Shown here piece after piece: positions 16,363-30,232 of a stretch of 64,000 nucleotides of DNA. Source of the DNA: the human T2T-CHM13v2.0 reference genome, Homo sapiens; NCBI RefSeq assembly GCF_009914755.1, contig NC_060937.1. One strand, written 5' to 3'. A program made the translations under genes and the position numbers. The notes under the pieces were generated by a model, which had not been told where the DNA came from, did no database searches, and saw only the letters and a program-made list of their open reading frames with translations. Position 1 is the stretch's first letter; every line of letters begins with the position of its first letter.

Positions 16363-16863
16363 TGTCAGGGTTGTCTGGGGGACAGAACCAATAGGATATA
16401 TATAGATATATAAGAGGGGATTTATTATGGGAATTGGCTAACGTGGTTAGGGAGGCTGGAAAGTTCTGCGATCTGCTGTCTGCAAACGGAAGACCTAGAA
16501 AAGCAGGTGGTGTGATTCATCTGAATCCAAAAGCCTGAGAACCAGGGAGGCCACATATGTAAGTCTCCAGATCTGAAGGCCCCGCAGCCAGGAGCTCTGA
16601 AGTCAGGAAAAGATAGATGCCCCAACTCAGGAAGAGCGAGAATTTGTCCTTTGCATTCTACTCACCTTTTTATTCTATTTAAGCCCTCAACAGATTGGAT
16701 GATGCCTGCCCACCTTGGTGAGGGCAGATCTTTTTTACTTAGTCTATTGATTCGAATGCTAATGTCTCCCAAAAACACCCTCACAGGTATACCTAGGAAT
16801 GTTTTACCAGTGATCTGGGCATTCCTTAGCCCAGCCAAGTTGACACATAAAATTAACCATCAC
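16363..16863 (-). mobile_element. MLT2-family ERVL solo LTR
   Basis: Ends caagttgacacataaaattaaccatcac, the reverse complement of the MLT2 5' TGTGATGGTTAATTTTATGTGTCAACTTG. Confidence 0.88.
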
Positions 16864-17509
16864 GGATTTATACCTATAAAGTTGGACATTTGCACTCAGT
16901 GGCTGCTGGTTGCAGAGAATCCCAGCTTCCCTAAAGCAGACCTCACCCAGGTGATTTTCCCCAAGTGTCGGGCCCTCTCCATCTGTTGTCCCATCTATGC
17001 TGTGTCTCGCGGAGGCTGCTGTGTCTGTTTCTTAGCATAGGATGAGGGAGCTGACACTTCTGCATGAGCTCAGAGGTCAAAGGGCAGTTTGCCTTGTCAG
17101 GTGGCAAGGCACCTGGGCTTTAAGGTGAACATTGCACACGGTCCGCCCAGGCACTGAGGAGTGTCTAGGGGGCAGTGAGGGGGTCCTGCACTCCCGTGCA
17201 CTCACACTTATATTTGCATCCATTGTTTTTGTACATGCTCATATTTAAAAATTTTTGTCTTTATTGCACAAACAAGAGTGAAACAATCACTCAGAAACTT
17301 ACCATAGTAACAGCCCAACAATCAATGGACTGCTTCCATATACTCTGTTTGCCTACCTCCCCCCGACTCCCCACCCCCACCCAAAGAATGTCTACCTAGC
17401 TGTATTTGTCTGAGACAGTTTTGTTTTCTCCTTTGGTCCTGTAACCCTCTGCAGGGATCATTGTCATGTTGCTTCACAGTCTCAATCTTAGGACAAGATT
17501 AATATTGCA

Positions 17510-18152
17510 CCATCTACATTCTCACCGTTGGAGTAGTCACTCTAACAATTTGCAGAAGTATTTAACCCAGAATTCACCATCTGGATCAAAATTCTGACAA
17601 TTTGCATGTGTGTGCTGGGAAAAACATTTAGGTTTCGTGTGAACTCAGATTAGAGGAGCGGAAGGAGCTCAGCTGTTCTCCGGTCGGGATGGCACCATGT
17701 GTTGTTTAAATGTGTGCATTATCGTGAGCGTCCATCCTGTGTTATTAAGTGAAAATGTCTTCCAAGAAGGATCCTTAGCATGTTGTTTCATTGTTTATGT
17801 ACATTACCATACATGTTTAATATGGCAGAGAAGGAAAACATAAATTGTGTCTACTACTGTACAGTATCTTATAGTGTACAAAATGCAATGAGTGCCCATT
17901 CCATGTTAAATAATTAGGTGATTTGTGTTTTAAATGCTTTATATGATGTAGAAATACTTTATGTGATGTAGAAACTGCTTGGTGGAAGCAATTAAGCTTT
18001 CTAATATTATTTGAGGGAATTGATTGGGGTTTCCGGATGGGCTGGGAACACAGTAATCTTGGTCCTATTCCTAATAATGGAATACAGGCTCCCACTATCC
18101 AAACTTACCATTTTCAGGAATGGGTTAGATTTTTGGTACTGAGGGATGTCTA
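17510..18152. mobile_element. Possible ancient TcMar-Tigger-like DNA transposon
   Basis: gggctgggaacac...aataatggaata...actgagggatgtctata resembles old Tigger ends; highly diverged. Confidence 0.35.
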
Positions 18153-18744
18153 TATTTATCGGTATCCTCGACTTGGCTTTGAGCATCATAAGATCAGGAA
18201 CTTAATGTACTCATCTTTGGATGCCCAGCACCTAACCGTGCCTGGCATTTAGTTGGTTTAATTCACATTATTCTGTGACTACACCAATGAACAGATGTGT
18301 CACAATTTATCAAAAATTGCTCCTGTTATTGGATAAATATACACTTAATTTTCTTTTCTTTGTTTTTCTTTTGATGGAAAATTAGGCTTTTTGCTGTCTG
18401 TGAAGGGCATAGCCAAGGAATTTTGATGCGTGTTGCAAGGCACACCAAGATACTACATATATGTGGTCAAAGCTCTCCTCTTCTCCCCAGCTCTCACAGG
18501 TCTGGCTTAGCCCAATGGTATTGAGTCCAGACTCAGGAGGACTTAGTTCTCTTCATAAAAAGTTGATCACCTTTGCTTTCTCCTTTGCATGGGCAATAAA
18601 GAAGTGAAAAATAAATTCCCAGTGAGCTTGCATTCTGCTTGGGAACAACATAGCACATCCATTTTCTAGAGAGCTGTCCAGTCCCCATTTGAGGGCTGCT
18701 AGCCACATGTCAAGCAGGAACCCAGAGTATAACCAGGAAAATGT

Positions 18745-19160
18745 CTGTGGTAGACCCCAGTGATTCATGCCTCCCATCTCCACACCCTCCTGTAGTCCCC
18801 TCCCACGCTGATTCTGGACTAGGCCACATGGCTTGGCCAGTGGAACACATGCAGGCTTGCACGTCTGGAACTCTGCCACCTAATTTAGGATCCCAGACTC
18901 TCCTACTGGAGACACAGGTCCTTAGTGACAGTCTGCACCACCATTCAGACAAGTCAGTAGGGCCATCTTAGATCATCCAGCCCTAGTCAAGCCACCAGAT
19001 AACTGTACCCACATAAGTGACCCCTGGCGAGACCAGCAGGAGAATCATGCCAATGGGCCAATATACATTCTGACCCACAGTTTCATAATAAAATAAAATG
19101 GTTGTGGTTGTAAGCCACTATGTTTCAGAGTGGTTTGTTACACAGCAATAAATAACTAAT
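18745..19160 (+). mobile_element. MLT1F/G-like MaLR LTR
   Basis: tgtggtagaccccagtgattc...taagccactatgtttcagagtggtttgttacacagcaataaataactaata. Confidence 0.8.
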
Positions 19161-19863
19161 ATAGTAGGCATACCATCAAGTCCAAAGTAGGTAGAGAAGA
19201 ATGTAAATAGCAGAGCAAAACAGCATGACTGGTGGCTGGGAGGCTTAAAACTGGGACAGGATCAGAGTCATGAAAGAAGTCAAAGAAATGGTTCAGAAGT
19301 AAGGCTGAGACTGACTTACAAAAGCTGAAAGTCCCTTTAAGTTGGTGTTTGGTGCATTGGCAGGGGCAGGTATGGTGACTTAAAAGAGCCATGCTCAACA
19401 AGATCAAGCACAACACAATCACGGGTCACCCCAGCAGACCTTAGCGAGTCTAGCCATTTCTTTGGTGGTGGTCACAGTCATGCTTCAGCCCAGTTTCCAC
19501 TTGGACAAATGGTACATATTTTCAATGAGATGAAAATTAAGATACAATCCATGTGCTCAGAGAGTGATCACAGCTCTGACTAAACACTGTGCCCCAAAGT
19601 GTTGAGGAATTGGGAAAACCTAGCTGAGTTAGTGGTCTCTTTTCTGTTACAATAAAGCTCATAATGAAAATTAGCCTTCTTTGTTCTTCCCCAAGTCTTT
19701 CTTTCTAGACGAAACTACTTTCAACTGTTTTAACTTCCTTACTGTTAACTTCCATATTTCTAGATAGTATGGTCAGACTGTTATTTCTTGACTTTTAAAT
19801 GTAAGATATTATCTACTGACTTCCTTCTATGTAAGATGAGGATTGAGCTCTCTTACCCTTCTC

Positions 19864-19886
19864 CCATTTTCTCATCCTTCCAACAT
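19864..19886 (-). other. CLYBL intron-2 safe-harbour nuclease target (protospacer + TGG PAM)
   Basis: The minus strand reads ATGTTGGAAGGATGAGAAAA-TGG, 19/20 identical to the CLYBL guide I recall (ATGTTGGAAGGATGAGGAAA). Recalled genotyping primers match at 18946-18965, 19577-19596, 20347-20366 (rc) and 21018-21037 (rc). Confidence 0.85.
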
Positions 19887-20119
19887 AAATATATTTTGGG
19901 ATTATATCAACATTCAATGTTACTTAAAGTGACCTTGTAAATATTTTCACAACTGAGCCATGTTTGATTTGTATACTTATGTTTACTTTACTGTTTTTCC
20001 TGAAGTTAATAATTGCCTTGAATTTATTTATTTCTTTAAAAATGTTTCATTACTCAGGACTGTAGTTTACATTACGATTCTTTGTGTTATACAGTTGATG
20101 GGTTTCTTTTCTTTCTTAA

Positions 20120-20253
20120 TTTCTTTAAAAAATAGAGATGGGGTCTTACTATATTACCCAGGCTGGTCTTGAAGTCCTGGGCTCAAGTGATCTTCCTGTC
20201 TCAGCCTACCAAGTAGCTGAGACTATAGGTGCAAAAAAGCCACTATACCTGGC
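20120..20253 (-). mobile_element. FLAM / Alu monomer
   Basis: agagatggggtcttac...caggctggtcttgaagtcctgggctcaagtgatc...cctggct. Confidence 0.85.
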
Positions 20254-20254
20254 T

Positions 20255-20610
20255 AGTTTACAGGTTTTAACAAATGCATTATGCCACGTATCCATTATTA
20301 CAGGATCACACAAGATATTTTCATTACCCTGAAAGCATCCCTGTGTTCCACCAATTCATCCTGCCTCCATGAGCCGCTGGCAACCACTGATCTCTATAGT
20401 TTTGCCTTTTCTAAAATGTCATATAATTGGAATCATACAGTCTGTAGCATTTTCAGACTAGCTTTTAAAATTTGGCAATATGCATTTAAGGTTCCTCCTT
20501 AAATGTGAAGGGCATAGCCAATGTGGCTTGATAGCTCATTTCTTTTTATTGGTGAATATTTCATTGTCTGGATGTTCCACAGTTTGTTTATCCATTCACC
20601 TATTCAATTT
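20255..20610 (-). mobile_element. L1MC/MD-like fragment
   Basis: ctggcaaccactgatct...tggaatcatacag...gtttgtttatccattcaccta. Confidence 0.75.
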
Positions 20611-22109
20611 GCTTTTTTTCTGTGTATCTATCACTAATTCAATACTGGACTCTCCAACAGAGCCGTAAAGTGTCTTTAAATACATCAAGTAACCTATATG
20701 TTCTATTTTTCCCCAACAAGTTGTCATCCACTGCTCCATCTGAGCCGACTGCCCAGTAAATCGTTCTGGTAGTTTCCCATTCTGTCATCCAGGTAGTCCT
20801 TTTGCCTGATTTCTGAGTCGGGTCTTTTGCTTATTGGATCTCATGTCTTTTTCTTTCTTGGTTTATTCCTTCATTTTACTGGAGTACATCCTCTAGTCAC
20901 TTCCTTGGAAAAGATATGGGAAATAATTTTGTAAAAAAAGATTTGGCAGGTCTGCAAGAAATATTTATTTTATCCTCACAGATCAGGCTTTTCTAGACTT
21001 AAATAAGTCCCAGTAGAAAAACGTCAGGTTGCTGGTGGCTTGGCATAAGCATACTTCCAAGAGATTCCGGAATGGTTGGAATTCTATTATTTCTTCTCTT
21101 TTTGGTCTAATTTTTTCTACTAGCTTGAAAGCCTTCTGACTAATAGCCCCCCCCCCCACCCACCCCCAGCTAATCCTTTTGTGAATTGGTTTGAATTGGC
21201 CTCACTTCATTAGTTGAGCATGGGAAATGTTAACTTCTGTACAGAGATATGTATTATAGCATAAGAATGGTTATGGTCACTTGTTAGTATTTCTCTCCCC
21301 ACTTTTGGATTGAAACAATTACAGAATAATTAGAGCAGAGACTATTTCTGGCAAATAAAACAGTTAATAGTTGGAAAGGTATGTTTTAGTGAAGATTGTT
21401 TATAAACACACCTCTTGCTGCCAGGATCTTAAAGTCTAATTAATTAGTATCAGCCCAGCCTGCCTCTCCTCTTCTGTCACTTGCTTTCATCTTCCTTCAT
21501 GTACACACACGCACACTCACACGAGCACACACCCCTTGTTGTCTTGCCTTTTCTTTTCCTCTTTATCTCAGTCTGCACAAGTTTGCACACAGAATTGGCT
21601 TGCCTCCTAGCTGTTTTGTCCCCACACTCCATCAAAAAATATTTTCTGCATCTCTAATTTCATCAAGATATGCCTGACTGAGAATGTCAAAACCACTGAG
21701 CAGAAGTGTTTAATCCAAAGTTGGCTCCGCCGGTGATGATCAGCTGAGGAAACAACCTCGAATTTTTCCCTAATTATTTGTTAGGATGTCAGTTTTTCAC
21801 TTTATGGAATAGGTTCACATCCTGCTTCTCACCCCCTGCCCCCACTCTTCATTGGGCAGAGGCCTCCCACTGATTTCCAATAGAGCTCTCTGCACCCAAG
21901 AAAGACACATGGAGAAGAAATGGTACCTGGCCGTCTGTGGGTATGCCACCTTCAACAAAGATGTCCATAAGCAGACAGTCACTTCATGGTTTCTTGGACA
22001 GGCAGATCCTGGCCATGTTCATGTAATTCCATAAGGTAAGGCTGGAGAGGCTGAGCTGCCCACTTAACAAGCAACAAGCCCTGGGGGAGTCTGGGCAGCC
22101 CAAGGTAGA

Positions 22110-22320
22110 ACTAGGGGTGGAAGATCCTTGCTTGGCCCTCGGATGGCTGTACGACGTCAGGACAGGCTGTTAACCCCTCTGAGCCTCAGTGCCGTCCTCT
22201 GTAAAATGGGAATAATATCAGCTACCTCCTAGGGTTGCTACAAGGATAAAAACCAAGTAAGTGCGTGTGAATGCCCTTTATCATGAATGAGAAGGTGCCC
22301 TGTCAATGTTGCTTATTAGC
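22110..22320 (+). mobile_element. MIR SINE
   Basis: ctctgagcctcagtgccgtcctctgtaaaatgggaataata...ctacctcctagggttg. Confidence 0.8.
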
Positions 22321-22981
22321 TGACCTTAGAGATAAGAATCAAAATGACACACTTTTGTTCCAGGTAGTTTTTCCCCTTTGGCTTAGTCCCCTTTTTTATG
22401 AGGGATGATCTGCTGTTTAAAGCATTTATTAATATAAAGATTATGAAGGGAAGGATTTAGAATGTAATTAGTGGGGAAGGGGGCCTGCTTCTCTGGGATG
22501 AGAACGCCATGACTTGTTGGCTCAGTACAGCACACTGGTAATCTTGTTTCCTGAGGCTCTGCACACGCTGAGAGCACATCGTGCTCACAGGCACACTTAG
22601 TGAATATCTGAGAATGTGGTGAGGGAGAACGTGTGTCAGGAACTGGGCAGGTGGGCGGCACAGATTGCCATTCCTGCACTGGCCGTGATTGTAGTAAGTC
22701 CCTCATGGACACTGGTAGAACCCGAATAGACATCATCAAATGGATGGGTCTTCCTGCCCGCTGTTTCAGTTTGCCTCCCAGTCCCCTCTCTGCCCACCAT
22801 CCGCACAAGTTGCAGAATCTGCAGCCTCACCCCACTGGACAAAGGGCTACAGATCTGCCAGTATATCATAACTCACATGGTAGGCAGTGGCTTATGGGAT
22901 CTTTCTAGAAGGGAGAAGGCCAGACTCTTCAGGGCCTGAAGGCCTGTATTTAAATTTCTTCACAGTTTGGAAGAAAGCTAC

Positions 22982-23375
22982 TGTGATGGTCAATTTTAAG
23001 TGTCAACTTAGATAGGCTATAGTACCCGGTTATTTAATCAAACACTAGATGTTTGATTAAAAGGAAGGTATTTTGTGAGTGTGGTCAACACTACAGTCAG
23101 TTGATTTATGTATAGGTGATTGCCCTCCATAAGGTGAGTGGGCTTCCTCTGATTAGTTGAAGGTCCTACAAGCAAAACTGGGGTTTCCTGGAAAGGAAAA
23201 TCTGCCTCAGAACCATGACATCAATGCCTACCTGAGTTTTCAGCCTGCCAGCTTGTCCTGCAGATTTCAGACTTGTCAATCCACAGTCTCATGAGCCAAT
23301 TACTTAAAATAAGTCTATCTATGTATCTGTGTATCTCTTATGGATCCTGTTTCTCTGGACAGCCCTGACTGATAC
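22982..23375 (+). mobile_element. MLT2-family ERVL solo LTR
   Basis: tgtgatggtcaattttaagtgtcaactt...tgtttctctggacagccctgactgataca. Confidence 0.88.
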
Positions 23376-26300
23376 AGCTGCTCTCTATCCAGAGATTACC
23401 TTTTTCTTTGACTCTATTGCAATCCAACTCTCAGCAGTCCAGAAAATGAAACATTTTCTTTTCACTAGGAAAACCAACTGTGTTACTGGAACAACAAACC
23501 AGGCAAATGAATCCCAAATCATAGTCCAACTCTGATCTTGAAATCTACTAAGCTTTGATAAAACTAAGATACATATTTTATCTTTTAAAAATCTTGATCC
23601 ATTTTACCTCATCAGAAGTGGGGAGTTCAAATCATCTGCATTCTAATCCCATATCTGTCTTGGTTCTCATCACTGTTCAGCCTCTCCTTACTCCCTGAGA
23701 TGCTCGCCCTGTTGGAACACATGCCCCTTGGCGAGGAATCTCCATACACCACCGAGCTGGAGTTGTCTCGGGGCCCGAGGCAGTGGGACTCACGTTGTAA
23801 GCTTTAGGTGTCAATGAAGGTGTCTTTCCTTGAAAGACACTAAAACTTGAAAAAGTTGTCATCTCATAATTCCAGGTGCCAAGATCACTCAGGAGAGAAA
23901 TGCTCCTCCCTGTTTAAGTTATTATTTTTATCTCCAGGGTCATTTCTGGAACCCTTCATATACATTTTAATCACTTTAAGTCTGAATCACAAACATTACA
24001 AGGCTCACCTTTGGCCATTCCCAGGCAGATGAGGCAGGGTCTGGGTTCCGTGAGTCATTTACCACAGACTCCAGTTGGAAGCAGTTCCCAGTGGGGTTAC
24101 GTGTGAGCCTTTTCAATTGTCCGTGACTGTGTTCCGTATACACATATCGATTCCCCTCTCTAATTCCCAGAGCTAGTGCCCTGCCCTTCTGTCTGGCTTG
24201 GGTGGAGCCCCTGAGGGGTGGGGAAAGGACCTGGCGCCACTGAGCAGACGTCCCTTAATGGTAATCCTCCAGTGAGTCAATGGCCTCCAAAGAGACCATG
24301 AGCGTGGTCTTGTTGATGAGGAATGTAGTCACAGTCACACAAAAAAGTCCCCAGTCTCTGCCTCAGGACCCCATGCATGGCCCATCATCCCCGCTGCAGA
24401 AAGAAACTGGACAGGACCTCCCCTTAGGAGCCTGTCAGCCCTTGTCAGTAATCAGCCCAGGGGCTACTCAGAATGACTGGAGGCACTCACATCCACCCCC
24501 TACCAACCACACTGCCCGCTCTCAGCCCCTGCCACCTGGGGAGCCCCACACCAGGGCAGGGCAATCAAGCTTGGCTTCTGCATGCCGTGCAAAGCTTGCC
24601 AGCAGCCAAGCTCTTGAAATATTTATATTTATACATGCAAGGCTCAGACTCTCGCTTTGTCCCGACAGGCGCCATCGTATGTGGGGATGGGGTATGGTTC
24701 GGGAGGGTTCATTCATCCCATGCTAGCGTGCCTACCCGCCAAGGCTCACTTGCGCAGAGGAGGAGGGATCTCACCAGAATAGTCAAAAAGTTGGCCATTG
24801 TCATGAATCAAATCCATGTGTTGGAAGAAATATACATTAGAAAATTGCATAGTCTCCCCTTCCCTTTGATTCAGAGATTTTCGTTTCATTTGTGCACAGG
24901 GAAGAGTTGAAATGCCCCTCCTGAGGGGTGCCCTTCTGGGGATGCAGGACCCACGGATTGCAGGGTGTACAAACACAATATATGTATTTATTTTCAAAGA
25001 CAACATGAAATAACACCATAGAGTTTTTGTGGCTACCTGTTCTCTTTTGAAGAACTGTTCAAAAACTAGATGATGGGCAAAAACTCTATAGAGGGGAAAG
25101 GAGGCAGGAAGAGCCACAGTTTCAGCTAAGTCAGACGGGTGCACTCGAGACTCAATTAGCAATTGTTCCCATATATTTCAACACACACACCTTAAACACA
25201 GGTTTTCTGAGTGAAGTCAGTGATGAAAGCCTGTGGGTTAGGGGAATTTTCCCATGGTAGCGACAGCTGTTCCCACAGAAACAGCTCAATTTATCTCAGA
25301 AATGAAGGTTTCACTAGCTTGGGCCTCTCATCAAATTGCATGCATGGGAATTATTTTTAAGCACTCTAAAATGGTATCATTTCCTAGTGGCAAATTATTT
25401 GGGTGTATTTTGAAACTAATTAAAAGGGAAATGTCCTATTTTGTAAAGAGCAGCATTTCTACATTTTAAAAATCAGATGTTCTCAGTGGGGAGCAGGGTT
25501 TTCTCTTCGTCAGTGTTGGCTATTGCTAAGTGCATCCCAGATTGAAAACCTAAATGAAATAACTACAAGGAAAGGCATGGGGTAAGCTTATGTTGGAAAA
25601 GGTGGAGGGAGACACACATATATAATACATACACCATTTATCTGGGAATTTAGAAAGCCTTTTCATGTCATCTTTTTTTCTTTCTTGCTCATTGCTTGTT
25701 ATTTCACTGTGAGCCTTGCAAATATGGAGGGCGGCAGAGGTGCCAGGCTCCATCACGGTGTCCAAAAATTGGCTTTGTACATATGCTGAATTAGAGATTG
25801 GCTGGCAGAAGCAGTGTGCAGACCCTAGATTGGCAGGGATTCCTCGTGACGGAAGACAGGGCTATGAACCCACGGGATGTACTCTGAAGCCAGCAGCCAT
25901 GCAACGTGCTGCATCCCCACATGCCAAAACCTGTTTTCAAATACATTCAGAATCTGCATCAGGCATCAGATCCCACCCAGGTGACGCCCTCCAAAACTCG
26001 AATCCCCTTTCCTTTCTCATGAGGAAGGGAATGTGTTGAACCTGTCACAGGACAGAGATTTGAAATTTTTCACCCAAGGCTCCAGGTCATTTTAGTCACC
26101 ACCTCTTGTGAATAGGCACCGTAGCATCCAAGGAGGAAGGTAGGAATCTTGCAGATGCAAACCTTCCTGTTTTTTTTCTTCCTTGGAAATAAGCAAACTG
26201 CCAAGGCGGTTCTGATGCAGGAAGAATGAATGCAGTGAAGGAACACGTTAAGACAGCCGGAGCAGGGAAGTCCATGCCAAAAAGATCTGCCATCTGGGGC

Positions 26301-26899
26301 TTTTTTCTCACTGTGTCAACCAGAAAATGCCTCTCTCATGTACAAGTAGCTAGTTGGTGGCTTTACTCTTCCCAAGAGATCTACTTTATTTTATGGGCAA
26401 TGATGAGTTTTAATAAAAGCAGGGTTGTTGTTGTTGTTGTCATTACTGATCTTGGGTTTCTGGTTTATCTTAGAATTGAGCACTAGAAAGGAAGTGAGGA
26501 GAATTATTTTCTAGACCAATAGGTGCTTTTGACTCAAATGATGACATTGGACACTTCTAGGAACCTTTAAAGTAGGGACATTAGCTCCAGTTACGTCACC
26601 TTTCCTCTAAGGGTACAGTGAAGGATCAGGAGCTGAACAAGCTGACCTCAGTCCCAATCAACTCCGAAATGTGACAGCTGATTAGAGCCTTGCAGCCTTT
26701 CAGGTACTGTTTAATCATTTACTCGCTTGAGTGTATAAGCTCCGTGAGAGCGGAGAGCCTGTCTGCCCATAGCACACACTCAGGAAATATTGTTGAATAT
26801 GATCATTGGGTTGATGGTCTCACGGGGTGGCACCAAGGGGGCCAGCATGTCAAGCGTAATTCACACCGGAGCAAGCTTTGGGTCACATTCTGAATCATA

Positions 26900-27085
26900 T
26901 GTGATGTAGTGAACAAGCTCTCGGATGGGCTTCAGGGGATGTGCGTTCAAGTCCTGGCTCTCCCCCCGGCATCAGAGTGACCTTCAGTCATTTGTTGATC
27001 TCTCTCTCGGACTTTTGTCTCCTTGTTTCTAAAATGACTAGATAATTGTAGAGCTTTCTTCAGCCCTAAAATTCTGTGATTCTGA
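26900..27085 (+). mobile_element. MIR3-like SINE
   Basis: gttcaagtcctggctct...taaaatg...aaattctgtgattct. Confidence 0.65.
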
Positions 27086-27699
27086 AACTCAGCCAGTCAT
27101 CTAAAAATGCATTTTCTGCATGATGAAAGATATTTATTAGGCCTAAGTGGAAGAGCCAGCATTCTTGATGAAAAGAATTACTCTATGCACACATCCTAAG
27201 GACAGTGGTTTAGATCAGTGCCCTCCTGGTAGAGATGAACAACACAACGGGAAGGATAGGCACTGACGCACATAAAGATGAGGAGGCTGAGCGTGGTTCC
27301 AGGCACCACTGCGGTATAGAAAGCGGCACCTAGAGCCAGCCAAGGACATAAAGATGGACTTGGAGACACTGGAGCAGTGTGGGTGCCCCTCAGCCCAGGA
27401 ATGTTGCAGAGAGGAGTCATATGTGAGATTAGGGTTGCCCCAAGTTACCTCTAAGTTCTGTCCAACTCAACTACTCTGTGAGTCTGTGACAGTCCCTAGC
27501 TCTGTGTCCTAGGACACAGTGACACCCCTAGAGATCTTACCAAAGACCTCAAATAGTCCAGGCACTGTTCCTCTTAAGGGATGTAGAGAGGAGAGGGAGA
27601 GATGGAAAAGGGAGAACTCACCTTTGTTAACATACTGCTTTCTAATAACTCTTTTAAAGAAGTGTTCATTCCATTGTTCCTGGAATATGCTTCCAGTCG

Positions 27700-28187
27700 T
27701 GGATTGCATTGAAAAGATAAGTCCATGTCCTAATCCCTGGGACCTGTGAATGTGACCTTATTTGGAAAAATGGTCTTTGCCGATGAAGTTAAGGATCTCG
27801 AGAAAAGACCATCATGGATTATCTGGGTGGGCCCAAAATCCAATGACAAGTGTCTTTTTAAGAGAAATCAGAGACACACAGAGGAGAAGACAGACACAGA
27901 AGAGAAGTCAGACACAGAAGAGAAGTCAGACACAGAGGAGAAGACAGACACAGAGGAGAAGGGCACATGAAGGAAGAGGCAGGGGTTGGGTGGCGGCAGC
28001 TGCAGGGACTGCCAGCAGCCAGCAGGAGCTGCAGGAGGCAAGGAGGATCCGCTAGAGAGGGACTGCGCCCTGCACACACCTCAAGTCCACATTTCTGGGC
28101 TCCAGAACTATGAAAGAATACATTTTTGTTGTTTTAAGCTGCCAATTTTATGGTCATTTGTTATGGTGGCCCTAAGAAACTAATACA
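27700..28187 (+). mobile_element. MLT1B-like MaLR solo LTR
   Basis: ctaatccctgggacctgtgaatgtgaccttatttggaaa...gttttaagc...ccctaagaaactaataca. Confidence 0.88.
27873..27962 (+). repeat. 18-bp minisatellite x5 (CAGACACAGARGAGAAGW)
   Basis: Units start at 27873, 27891, 27909, 27927 and 27945. Confidence 0.95.
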
Positions 28188-28293
28188 CCTCAGATATATT
28201 ATCATTGATACCATTAATCAGGAGCTGCAAGGTCTCTTTTCCTAATTAACATCATGGTTGTTCTTACTAATAATAAGAATAAAAGAACTCTCA

Positions 28294-28480
28294 GGGAGGC
28301 AGGTGGAGGGAGAGCATCAGGATAAATAGCTAATGCATGCTGGGCCTAATACCTAGGTGATGGGTTGATAGGTGCGGCAAACCACCTTGGCACATGTTTA
28401 CCTATGCAACAAACCTGCACATATATCCCGGAACTTAAAATAAAATTTAAAAAATGAACAAATAAATAAATAAATAAAAT
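28294..28480 (+). mobile_element. 5'-truncated L1PA (older L1PA) 3' end
   Basis: gggagagcatcaggataaatagctaatgcatgctggg...aacaaacctgcaca...aacttaaaataaa. Confidence 0.88.
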
Positions 28481-29879
28481 AACTCTATCTTAAAACACAT
28501 TAACAATATTATTGAAGAATAATATTAGATCTTTTGAAGTAAGCATTTTTTTTTGCCCGTGTAATAGCTGTCTGTAAATACCCGCTTCTTGAGTGAACCA
28601 CCATTTTCTTTCTTTTTTTTTTTTTTGTAGAAGGAAACACACGCTACCAGAAAAAAAGGGGCCCCATTTTGATATCCCTCCATCCCTGGCCTTGTTTTGG
28701 TAACTTTGTTTCTGTACCAGATCCACACTCAATCAACCTGTCTGGTTTAGGGTATTTTTAGCTTCATAGAGCAATAGTATCAATACAATTCTGCTGTTTT
28801 ATTATACATTTATCAAACAGTTCACTATCTGGTCTTTTGGCCAGAATTTCTTGGCCTCTTCTCAGAGCTCTGTCTCAATAGGTCTTTTGATAACTGTTTT
28901 CCAACACAGTCTTCATTTCAATGTTAGAATATGATGTTAATGAATTTACTAGCTTCCAGTCGAGGATGAATAGCTTACAGTGTTTGCGGCAATATTGGAT
29001 GTATTTATTTCCAAGGGAATGATTTTTAACAGCACATTGTGTTCTTATTTGCTTTTCACAATCCAGTTCCAGCATCTGAGAAACTTTGCTTTGATGGTTG
29101 ACTCCCATTAGGGAAACACTGAAAACAATTATCCTGTAGTGGTCTCGGTTCTTCCTGGCAGCTTTGCATTTCCATGGTGCGAGACCACTGGGTCGTACCA
29201 CTTGTTTCTCCCTCCACGTCCTCAAATGATCTCTTAAAAGAACCCACTTTAGACCTCATTGTTACCTTCCCTCTACTTCTTTTTCTTCTTATTGAATTCA
29301 ATTCAACAACATGTATTAAATACTTACAACCTGGTACCCAGGTAGAAGAAGCCAACGTATAGACAGGGCATGTCATTGGATAGTGATAAGATCTGATGGG
29401 GTGAGTATCTAGGCAACTTAGACTGGGTGTGGGGTTGAACCAGCATATTTAAATTTATGTAAAAACTGAGAAACACCCTGAAAAGGACTTTTATTGTTGG
29501 ACATAATTCTCTAGTCCTGAAGTTATCATTCAAGGGAGTTCAAGAACTCATCCCTTAAGTGGACTGGGCAAGCTGGCCATTTACCACTTGTCACAGTTAG
29601 AATTAGGAACTTGGCTTTCATATTATCCATTGGTGTCACAGAGTGGGAGGAAAACATCAGTAATGGATCCATAGGACCACCAGTGGAGGCAAATTGAATT
29701 TGGGATATGTTATATCAAATCTGTTAAAGGGAAAAAAAAGAAAGAAAAGGAGGGGAGAGAAGGAAGAAAAGAAAAAATAAAAGAAAAAAACCCAAAAGAA
29801 TTCATTATATAACCATTATATGTTAATGGTACAGTTTAAGAGATTTTGAAGTATTGTCATATATCATTTCATTAAGTAG

Positions 29880-30232
<353 letters not shown>

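Noticed and set aside
17937-17976. 20-bp tandem duplication CTTTAT(A/G)TGATGTAGAAA
   Set aside because: An ordinary local duplication within probable old repeat; no sign of function.
24280-25162. Overlapping 138-148 aa ORFs
   Set aside because: No homology recognised and no splice-supported coding pattern; expected by chance in GC-richer DNA.
27873-27962. CRISPR-like repeat array
   Set aside because: Tandem units with no spacers, inside a mammalian LTR; no cas genes.
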